Shown piece after piece: positions 17,813 to 25,381 of a DNA stretch of 64,000 bases. The stretch's first letter is position 1; every line of letters starts with the position of its first letter. The notes beneath the pieces are model-generated. The model was not told the DNA's origin. It was given only the letters and a program-made list of their open reading frames with translations, and did no database searches. Source of the stretch: a virus. Its lineage: Duplodnaviria; Caudoviricetes. A program made the position numbers and the translations under genes. Where the stretch lies: IMG/VR virus record IMGVR_UViG_3300034175_000069; one strand, given 5' to 3'.

Positions 17813-19197
17813 CTGCCCCGGGCCAGTCCGCCAAGGAGCGGGCGGCTGAGGCTCAGTCCAAGGCCGCCCAGCACATCGCCAAGGGCAACCCCGGCAGCGG
17901 GCCCATCCCGAAGAAGGCCGGGCGGAAGGTCGCCACCGAGGCCGGGGTCAAGCGCTACGGCCTGCCCATCGGCACGCCCCTGGGACAGGGCAAGGCGAAG
18001 AACGAGAAGGACGCCTACGACCGGTTCATGTCCCAGAGCACCCCGGCCGAGCTGACCAAGGCCGCCCAGTGGATGTCCAACGGGGACCTGGCGCTCACGG
18101 CCAAGGCGGTCTTCTCCACCCCGCACGGGAACGAGCGGAACGAGGCGGCCCGGATGGCGCTGGTCCGGGAGCTGGCCAACCGTGGGATCGACCCGCACAC
18201 GCTGGGCTACGACGGTGGCTACGTCCCGCTCAACCCGAAGCCGAAGAAGGACCCCACCCTCCCGGCCGAGGTGAAGGCCAAGAAGGATGCCAACCCGGGC
18301 AACCTGGGAGAGGTCCAGCTGAAGTCCGGGCTGGACGCCGAGAAGCTGCCCGACGCCGACCTGGCCGCGCTGACCGAGGCGGGCTGGAAGGGCGTGCCCG
18401 GCGACGACAAGGAGGCGGTCTACCCGCCTGCGGACGTGCTGCCGATCAACAGCTCCAAGCTCAGCGACGCGACCAAGTCCCAGCTGATCAAGGCTGGCTG
18501 GAAGCTCGGGGGCAAGGGCGAGTTCGAGCAGCTGACGCCGCCGCAGGACCGGTTGACAGCGGCCCGGGACAAGCTCGCCAAGGCGGCCGAGAAGGACACC
18601 GGACCGGCCGGGATCAACGAGGTCCAGCTGCGCTCGCAGGTGGACGCCGATGATCTGCCCGAGGCTGACCGGCAAGCGCTGCTGAAGGCCGGGTGGAAGG
18701 GCGCTCCCGACGACAAGAAGGAGGCGCTGTACCCGCCAGCCGACACCGCACCGCTGAGCACGGCGGGGATCAGCGACGAGACGAAGTCCAAGCTGATCAA
18801 GTCGGGCTGGAAGATCTCGGGCCAGGGCACCGACGAGACCCTGGTCCCGCCGAAGGACCGGGTGACAGCCGAGCGGGACCGGGTGACCAAGGCGGTCGAG
18901 ACCGAGGCCAAGCGGGCGGCTTCCGCTGCCGAGGCCGAGGCCAAGAAGCAGGCGGCGGCGGCAGCTGCGGCCCAGAAGGCGGCGGACAAGGCGGCGGCGG
19001 CTGCGGCGAAGTCCGGGGCTACCCCGGCCCAGACCGATGCCTCAGACGCGGCCATGTCGGAGGCGCAGGCGGCCGTGACCACGGCGCGCAAGGCCTACGA
19101 CGATGCGGTGACTGCGATCGGGGACGCCCTCTCCAAGGGCGAGATCAACGAGCAGGAGGCGCAGGACCGCCGGAACGCCCTGGGCAGGAAGCCCTGA
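17773..19197 (+). CDS. -1 frame extension of the protease gene (474 codons; ORF track starts it at ATG 18028)
   Basis: Frame open from 17764 with no ATG/GTG/TTG before 18028, yet it encodes RKVATEAGVKRYGLPIGTP; contains a ~103-aa tandem duplication. Confidence 0.7.
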   Translation, partial: SLSLAPRQAPALLAAPGQSAKERAAEAQSKAAQHIAKGNPGSGPIPKKAGRKVATEAGVKRYGLPIGTPLGQGKAKNEKDAYDRFMSQSTPAELTKAAQWMSNGDLALTAKAVFSTPHGNERNEAARMALVRELANRGIDPHTLGYDGGYVPLNPKPKKDPTLPAEVKAKKDANPGNLGEVQLKSGLDAEKLPDADLAALTEAGWKGVPGDDKEAVYPPADVLPINSSKLSDATKSQLIKAGWKLGGKGEFEQLTPPQDRLTAARDKLAKAAEKDTGPAGINEVQLRSQVDADDLPEADRQALLKAGWKGAPDDKKEALYPPADTAPLSTAGISDETKSKLIKSGWKISGQGTDETLVPPKDRVTAERDRVTKAVETEAKRAASAAEAEAKKQAAAAAAAQKAADKAAAAAAKSGATPAQTDASDAAMSEAQAAVTTARKAYDDAVTAIGDALSKGEINEQEAQDRRNALGRKP

Positions 19198-19212
19198 CAG
19201 CCGGTTGACACG

Positions 19213-19253
19213 ACGAAGGGCCCCGCACCAGAGGTGCGGGGCCCTTTCGTTTG
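19213..19253. terminator. bidirectional intrinsic terminator
   Basis: AAGGGCCCCGCACC-AGA-GGTGCGGGGCCCTT 14-bp stem followed by TCGTTT, between convergent genes. Confidence 0.85.
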
Positions 19254-19259
19254 TGCAGG

Positions 19260-19652
19260 TCAGAAGGGAGGAGTGTCGTCCTTCGGCTTATCGGCCTGCT
19301 CGGGCTCGGTGGCCAGCGCGTTCCCGCTCAGCTGGGCCACCAGATCCTGGAAGGTCAGCGCCTCCATCTGCTTCTGCTCGCTGTCGGCGACCTTCTCCAC
19401 CTCCGGAGCGGCAGCCGCCGCGTCCTTGGCCGCCTTGTAGGCGTCGAAGTCCCGGGTGGACACGATCTCCCGGGCCTCCTTGGCCTTCTCCAGCGCCTCG
19501 GTCAGGAGCGAGATCTGCTTGTCCAGGATCTGGACCTGCTGTTCCTGCGTCGCGCCGGGCAGGCCCTTGGTCAGCTGGAAGATCCAGAAGGCGCGCTTGC
19601 GGATCGAGTGGCGGAGCTTGCGGACGTTGCGGTCGGTGCGGGGAGCGGTCAT
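19260..19652 (-). CDS. hypothetical coiled-coil protein
   Basis: ATGA overlap with upstream membrane gene. Confidence 0.65.
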   Translation of the reverse strand: MTAPRTDRNVRKLRHSIRKRAFWIFQLTKGLPGATQEQQVQILDKQISLLTEALEKAKEAREIVSTRDFDAYKAAKDAAAAAPEVEKVADSEQKQMEALTFQDLVAQLSGNALATEPEQADKPKDDTPPF

Positions 19653-19888
19653 GGCTGGTCCTCGTTCTTCTTCTCGGGGTCAGGAGCGGTCACTGCGGCT
19701 ACGACGATGGCGGTCCCGAAGATCAGGACGACGCCGAGCACCGGGGAGGCGGAGGCGATCAGCGCTACGACGATGATCCAGCCGACGAGCTGCCACCACC
19801 GGTCCGCCTTCGTCTTCGGCTTGCGATCGGTGGCCCCGCCGACCATGACGGGCCCGATCTTCACTCCCCAGATGTCCTTGTCGGTCAT
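19649..19888 (-). CDS. small membrane protein, leaderless
   Basis: MTDKDIWGVK..., two TM segments; ATG 6 nt after -10 box. Confidence 0.7.
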   Translation of the reverse strand: MTDKDIWGVKIGPVMVGGATDRKPKTKADRWWQLVGWIIVVALIASASPVLGVVLIFGTAIVVAAVTAPDPEKKNEDQP

Positions 19889-19925
19889 GGGAGAAGTATT
19901 GCATGGCCCTGTCAACACTGTCAAC
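19889..19925 (-). promoter_or_regulatory. tandem-box sigmaA-type promoter
   Basis: TTGACA-GTGTTGACAGGGCCATGC(18)-AATACT-6 nt-ATG. Confidence 0.75.
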
Positions 19926-20058
19926 TAGGACTTGCCGCGATTCTCGTTGACCACCCGATCGGGTACTGTCCCGACCGAAGCGACGACGCACGGTGACCAC
20001 TCCCGCGCGATGACCCTTCCGGTGATGTAGAGCCCCTTCCCACCGGAGGCATCCCTTC

Positions 20059-21654
20059 ATGGACCCCCTCGCCGACTTCCAGGGAGACCTGGACCGTCTG
20101 GCCGACCTCACCGACGAAGAACTCTCCGCCCTGGAGAGCCGTCTGGTCGAGGCGTTCGACGCTGCCGACTCCGGCGGTGACGACGCAGCTGCTGGTCAGC
20201 TGGCCGACGCTCTGGACTCCGTCCGCAACGAGATCGGGCAGCGCTCCGACGCTCCGCCCGCCGAGCCGGTGGCTGCTGCCGCCGACACCGCCACCACCGA
20301 CCCCGCCCCGACCAGCCAGGAGAGCACCCCCGTGACCGCTTCCACCGTCGTCAACGACGTCGAGCCCGAGGTCCCGGAGGGCCGGGCTCCCGTCGTCTCC
20401 AGCACCAGCGCTGTTGTCGCTGGCGCGAACCTGGGCGGGTACGACTCCGGCCAGGTCATCCCAGACCTGAACCGCATGTCCAAGGCGATGGCCGACCGCA
20501 TCTCCACCCTGGGCCGCGTCGGCGGTGCCGACGGGGAGCAGGTGCTGGTGGCCTCGATCCGCAGCAACATCCCCGACGACCGCTTCCTGAAGTACGGGGA
20601 CGCGATGGGGAACCGCGAGAAGATCGACGCCGCGACCAACCTGGACGCCATCACGGCGGCCGGTGGCTGCTGCGCCCCGCTGGACACCCGCTACGACCTG
20701 TTCGGCATCGGCGACACCGTCCGGCCGGTCAAGGCCAGCCTGGCGGGCTTCGGCGCTGACCGGGGCGGCATCCGCTTCTTCGAGGGTCCGACCCTGGACC
20801 AGATCGGCGCGGCTGTCGGCTTCTGGACCTGCGCCGACGACGCGGCCGTGGACGCCGACGACGAGGCGACCTGGAAGGTCTGCGCCCGTGTCAACTGCCC
20901 CGACGAGTCCGAGGCCCTGGTCCAGGCGGTCACGCTCTGCCTGACCTTCGGCGTCATGCAGTCCCGGGTCTTCCCGGAGATGGTCACGGCCAACAACAAG
21001 CTGGCCCTGGTCGCCCAGGCCCGCCTGTCGGAGTCGGCGCTGCTCTCCCAGATCCGCGCGCAGTCCAAGAAGGTCACCGGCGGCACCGTGGAGGCCGGTC
21101 TCGGCTTCCTGCGCACGCTGCTGGACACCGCTGACCGGGCCATCGCCTACTACCGCGACCGGCACCGCATCGCGGCGAACGTGCCGCTCAGCGCCCGCTT
21201 CCCGGTCTGGATGATCCAGGCGATCGACGCCGACATGGTCCGGCAGCCGCCCTCGACCGCGCAGATGGCCGACAACTTCGGCATGAGCGTGGACGAGATC
21301 GAGTCCTTCTTCCGGGACCGCAACGTCAACGTCGCCTGGACCTTGGACTCCCACGTCCCGGGCACCAACGGCGGTGGCTTCTACGGCAACGTCGCGGACG
21401 GCGGGGTCCTCCCGGCCTTCCCGGAGACCGTGCAGTGGTCGCTCTCCATCGAGGGCAGCTTCCTGTTCCTCGACGGCGGCCAGCTGGACCTCGGCATCGT
21501 CCGCGACAGCACGCTGGTCCGGACCAACGACTACCAGACCTTCACGGAGACCTTCGAGTCGGCCGTCCGGACCGGTGGTGAGGCCCTGTGGGTCACCACG
21601 CCGGTGGCCACCACGGGTCGCTACGCCGGGCCCATCACCTACCCGGCCGTCTGA
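20059..21654 (+). CDS. major capsid (hexamer) protein with N-terminal scaffold-like segment
   Basis: 531 aa; AITAAGGCCAPLDTRYD, DRGGIRF, KVCARVNCP, LFLDGGQLDLGIVRDSTLVRTNDY as in Rosebush-type hexamer proteins; RBS GGAGG. Confidence 0.85.
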   Translation: MDPLADFQGDLDRLADLTDEELSALESRLVEAFDAADSGGDDAAAGQLADALDSVRNEIGQRSDAPPAEPVAAAADTATTDPAPTSQESTPVTASTVVNDVEPEVPEGRAPVVSSTSAVVAGANLGGYDSGQVIPDLNRMSKAMADRISTLGRVGGADGEQVLVASIRSNIPDDRFLKYGDAMGNREKIDAATNLDAITAAGGCCAPLDTRYDLFGIGDTVRPVKASLAGFGADRGGIRFFEGPTLDQIGAAVGFWTCADDAAVDADDEATWKVCARVNCPDESEALVQAVTLCLTFGVMQSRVFPEMVTANNKLALVAQARLSESALLSQIRAQSKKVTGGTVEAGLGFLRTLLDTADRAIAYYRDRHRIAANVPLSARFPVWMIQAIDADMVRQPPSTAQMADNFGMSVDEIESFFRDRNVNVAWTLDSHVPGTNGGGFYGNVADGGVLPAFPETVQWSLSIEGSFLFLDGGQLDLGIVRDSTLVRTNDYQTFTETFESAVRTGGEALWVTTPVATTGRYAGPITYPAV

Positions 21655-21698
21655 TCCCCCTCGCTGAGGCTGGTTGACAGAGAGAGGAGGGACAGATC

Positions 21699-22853
21699 GT
21701 GCCTGGTTACGTGCAGGACAACGCCGCTTCAGTCCGAGGCCGCGCGCTTCGGGTGACGCAGCTGGGGTCCGACGGTGCACCCATCACCGGATCCTCGTGT
21801 GACGTGTACCTGACCGGCGGCTTCATCTCGTTCCAGTTCACCCCGGAGTACTCCGAGGGCGACGAGATCGAGATCAAGAACGCCGCTGGAGAGACCTGCG
21901 TCTACTACAAGCTCCCCGACACCCTGAAGAACGTCGGGCTGAGCATGAGCATCTGCGACCCGGACCCCGTCCTGACGCAGATGCTGGTCGGTGGTGAGGT
22001 GCTGACCGCTGGTGGCACCTCCACCTTCGCCCCCTCGGGGACCGACGCCGGGGACATGGTGGCCATCGGCTACGCCTCCGAGCTGGCCGGTGCCGTGGCC
22101 AACCCGAACGGCGTGGCCGTGGAGGTCTGGGCCGACGCGGTGGTCAACGGGCGCTCTGCGTCCCGCGCCCCGTTCTGGCACTACCTGTTCCCGTCGGCGC
22201 AGTTCCGGCTGGACGGCGACCGGGTCATCGAGAACGGCAACCTGGCCACGGCCTTCGCAGGCACGGGCACGGGCAACGAGGCCTTCGGCTCCGGTCCGAA
22301 CCTGGACCTGGCCGGAGTCACCCCGGCTCCGCCCGCTGGTGCCTTCGACTGGCGCTTCCCGGCCCACACGGACCGGCCCTTCCTCTACACGCGCAGCTTC
22401 TTCGCGCCGCTGGGGCTGAAGGGTCAGTTCGACAACCTCGGGATCCCGATCGTGCGGATCACCGCTGGGGATCCGGGCGTCTTCAGCCCGGTCAACGCCA
22501 CGCGACCGGCCGATCTGGCCGACCTCCAGTCGCAGGGCGCTCTGGGCAGCACCACCGCCTGGGACCCCAACGAGTTCGTCACGCTGCGGGACAACACCGA
22601 GGCGTACTGGGACGGGGCCGCCTGGGTCGCCGGTCGGGCTCCGGCTCCGGCCATCGTGGCCACCGGCGCGACGGCGGGCACGCCGGGCATGTTCACGCCT
22701 CCGGGCGCGGACGCTCCGGCCGACCTCGATGCGCTGGAGGATGTCGTCGCCACGCCGACCACTGCCTGGACCGTCGGGCAGCGGATCGTCCTGGCGGACG
22801 GTACGACGGCACACTGGAACGGCACCGCCTGGGTTGCGGGCTCCGCGACCTGA
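21699..22853 (+). CDS. major tail protein with two C-terminal repeat domains
   Basis: RALRVTQL, EYSEGDEIEIKNAAGETC, ICDPDP; tandem AG.PG.F.P...W.G.AW.AG domains; RBS AGGAGG. Confidence 0.8.
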   Translation: MPGYVQDNAASVRGRALRVTQLGSDGAPITGSSCDVYLTGGFISFQFTPEYSEGDEIEIKNAAGETCVYYKLPDTLKNVGLSMSICDPDPVLTQMLVGGEVLTAGGTSTFAPSGTDAGDMVAIGYASELAGAVANPNGVAVEVWADAVVNGRSASRAPFWHYLFPSAQFRLDGDRVIENGNLATAFAGTGTGNEAFGSGPNLDLAGVTPAPPAGAFDWRFPAHTDRPFLYTRSFFAPLGLKGQFDNLGIPIVRITAGDPGVFSPVNATRPADLADLQSQGALGSTTAWDPNEFVTLRDNTEAYWDGAAWVAGRAPAPAIVATGATAGTPGMFTPPGADAPADLDALEDVVATPTTAWTVGQRIVLADGTTAHWNGTAWVAGSAT

Positions 22854-22912
22854 TCGGGCCGGGGTTCGCCCCGGTTGACATGGCATGACCAGCGAAGGCG
22901 GAGGGTGTTCGG

Positions 22913-23626
22913 ATGCTCTGGGTTGACCCCACCGACCCCTCCGTCTTCGCTGCCGTCACGGGGCAGGCGGCACCTGAGACCGCACCGGCCGAGCCGGACG
23001 AAGACCTGGTCCTGGCCCTGGCTGTTGCCAGCGAGATCCTGACGCTGGCGACCGGGCACCTGATCCACCCGGCCGGGACGCAGGTGGAGGAGATGATCTC
23101 CACGCCGAACGTCCGCCGGATCTCGCCGGTCTACGGGCCGGTCCTCGAAGTCCTCGGCATCAACGTGGTGGACCCGCTCAGCGGCTCTGAGAGCCCGATC
23201 CGGAAGACCTACCGGCTCGTGGGCTCCACCATCCACTTCTTCGGCTCAGCGGGCGCTGTGCCGGGCTGGCGCGGCGGCTCTGCCTGCGGCGCGTCCGGGC
23301 AGCAGATCCTGCGGGTCGAGTACCGCTTCGGCTCCACCCTCACCCGGGGCGCTCGCAACGCGCTGCTGGCCTACGCCCGCCAGCTCTACCTGTCCTTCAT
23401 CGAGGACGGCGAGTGCCAGCTGCCCGACCGGGTCACCAGCCTCACGCGCGAGGGCATCAGCATGGAGCTGATCACCCCGCAGGACTACCTGGACAAGGGC
23501 CGCACCGGGCTGCCGACCGTGGACGCCTGGCTGTCCCAGATCAACCCGAAGCGCGCGCTGCGGCCGTCGGGGGTCTACACCCCGGACTCACCTCCAGGCG
23601 TCGGTGTGCGGCTGCGGAGGGCCTGA
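22913..23626 (+). CDS. head-to-tail adaptor
   Basis: ASEIL..ATG, YRFG, CQLPDRVTSLTREGIS, GRTGLPTVDAWL..INP. Confidence 0.75.
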   Translation: MLWVDPTDPSVFAAVTGQAAPETAPAEPDEDLVLALAVASEILTLATGHLIHPAGTQVEEMISTPNVRRISPVYGPVLEVLGINVVDPLSGSESPIRKTYRLVGSTIHFFGSAGAVPGWRGGSACGASGQQILRVEYRFGSTLTRGARNALLAYARQLYLSFIEDGECQLPDRVTSLTREGISMELITPQDYLDKGRTGLPTVDAWLSQINPKRALRPSGVYTPDSPPGVGVRLRRA

Positions 23627-23629
23627 GCC

Positions 23630-24184
23630 ATGACCTACGCCCGGACCGACCCGTTCGCGGCCGACCGGCTGGCTGAGGCCGATGCTGCGGCTGCCGCGAT
23701 GATCGAGGCGGCCGAGGCCGGTGCCAGCACCGGGCCTTCGACCCTCTCCAGCATGGGTGAGGCCTTGCTGGAGATCGTGAAAGCCGCCGCCCTTGCCAAG
23801 GGCACCCCGCTCCCGGCCAGGCAGTCGGTCTACATGGCCCCGATCCCGGCCGACTGTGAGCAGGTCGCCGTGCTGTTCACCGGCTGGAACCCCACCCCGG
23901 CCGCCGACGGGCCGACCATCTGCAAGCCGTGGCGCTGGATGGGCAGCTACTCGGTGATCATCACCCGCTGCACACCCGCCGTGCAGAAGGGCAAGACCCC
24001 GCCCTCGATGGAGATGATGATCGAGGCCGCGCGCCTGGCCAGCTCGGACGCCGAGATCCTGCTGGAGGCTGTCAACCGGCTGGACGAGATCGGCTCGGAC
24101 ATCTCGGTGGTCACGAACGCTCCCTCCGGCGGCTTCCAGACCGTCGAGCTGAACGTCCAGCTGCTGGCGGTCGGCACCTTCTGA
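23630..24184 (+). CDS. tail terminator-like protein
   Basis: PADCEQVAV, IITRCTP, PSGG pattern; synteny. Confidence 0.65.
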   Translation: MTYARTDPFAADRLAEADAAAAAMIEAAEAGASTGPSTLSSMGEALLEIVKAAALAKGTPLPARQSVYMAPIPADCEQVAVLFTGWNPTPAADGPTICKPWRWMGSYSVIITRCTPAVQKGKTPPSMEMMIEAARLASSDAEILLEAVNRLDEIGSDISVVTNAPSGGFQTVELNVQLLAVGTF

Positions 24185-24606
24185 TGGCCCGGACCAAGGT
24201 CGAATGGGTCCCCGACGAGGCAGCCATCAAGGAGTTCGCCGGGTGGACCGGGCCCGTGGGCCAGTCGGTCAACCGCCTGGCGATGGAGGCCGTCTTCCGG
24301 ATCCGTGGCCTGGCCAACCGGCGCTCGGGCGTGATGACTGCCGGGATGCACTACAAGAAGGGCACCTGGTCCCGGGGGATCCAGTTCGATGCGGGCTCCG
24401 ACGTGGGCTACACGCTGTTCGTGGACCAGGGGACCAAGCCGCACCCGATCAAGCCGAAGAACCCCGGTGGGGTGCTGACCTTCTACTGGCCCAAGGTCGG
24501 CCGGGTCGTGCACTTCAAGTCCGTCCAGCACCCCGGCAACAAGCCCTACAAGTTCCTGGAGCGCGGCCTGGAGGCCGCCCTGAGCATGTGGGAGCGCGGC
24601 GGTTGA
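24184..24606 (+). CDS. tail completion / HK97 gp10-like neck protein
   Basis: MARTKVEW...YTLFVDQGTKPHPIKPK...L.FYW...V.HPG.KP..FL. Confidence 0.7.
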   Translation: MARTKVEWVPDEAAIKEFAGWTGPVGQSVNRLAMEAVFRIRGLANRRSGVMTAGMHYKKGTWSRGIQFDAGSDVGYTLFVDQGTKPHPIKPKNPGGVLTFYWPKVGRVVHFKSVQHPGNKPYKFLERGLEAALSMWERGG

Positions 24607-24655
24607 CATGACCGGCTGACAGACTGCAAGCGCACGTGCACGCCCCGCTGATGAG

Positions 24656-25153
24656 ATGGAGATGTCGATGCCACGCAAGACGTTCAGGGTCGCTGCGGCG
24701 GTCGAGCCGATCAGCTTCGACCTGGAGGGCCCGATCCGGGGGATCCAGAACTTCCCCTGCCGCGACCGGATGGCCGCCGGTTCGCTGATGCGCTTCGCCG
24801 AGATGTTCTCCTCGATCAAGGACGAGGCCGAGGGCTCTCCCGAGGCCGCCTCCGACGGCGCGAAGGCCATCCCCGCGATCCGCCAGTTCTTCGACTCCGC
24901 CCTCCAGAAGGAGGGCCGCTCCCGCTTCTGGGACATGATCAACGACGACGACGAGGGCATCCCGCTGGACACCCTGGTCGAGGTCGCTGGCTGGCTCGCG
25001 GAGGTGTACTCGGGTGGACGCCCTACTGGGACGAACTCCGGCAGTACATCGGAGGGGACCTCAACTGGCGACGGTTCTCCGGCTACGCCCTCAGCCGGGG
25101 ACATCGTCGAGTACTCACGACCCTCACAGCTGACGAGTTCTACGACCTCGTAG
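24656..25153 (+). CDS. tail assembly chaperone
   Basis: Immediately before tape measure; ends W..EVYSGGRPT plus Ser/Thr-rich tail. Confidence 0.7.
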   Translation: MEMSMPRKTFRVAAAVEPISFDLEGPIRGIQNFPCRDRMAAGSLMRFAEMFSSIKDEAEGSPEAASDGAKAIPAIRQFFDSALQKEGRSRFWDMINDDDEGIPLDTLVEVAGWLAEVYSGGRPTGTNSGSTSEGTSTGDGSPATPSAGDIVEYSRPSQLTSSTTS

Positions 25154-25308
25154 AGCACTGGCTGGAGGAGAGGTCGATCGAGGACAAGGAACAGCACGAC
25201 GCCCGGGATCGGGTCAGGGTCAACCTGGCCAGGGCCACGAAGGTGGCCGAGCAGATGGCCTCGGGTGAGGACGTGAGCGACGTGCCGCCCCACCTGCTGG
25301 GGAGGTAG
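25021..25308 (+). CDS. -1 frame tail-chaperone extension (gpT-like)
   Basis: Start-less frame PYWDELRQYIGGDLNWRRFSGYALSRG...ADEFYDLVEHWLEE...PPHLLGR* overlapping the chaperone 3' end. Confidence 0.55.
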   Translation, partial: PYWDELRQYIGGDLNWRRFSGYALSRGHRRVLTTLTADEFYDLVEHWLEERSIEDKEQHDARDRVRVNLARATKVAEQMASGEDVSDVPPHLLGR

Positions 25309-25381
25309 CAGGACCGGCGGGGCTCGGTTGACACGGGCCCCGCCGGACGGGACAAGCCGTACAGGACAGGGGGGTGCGCGG

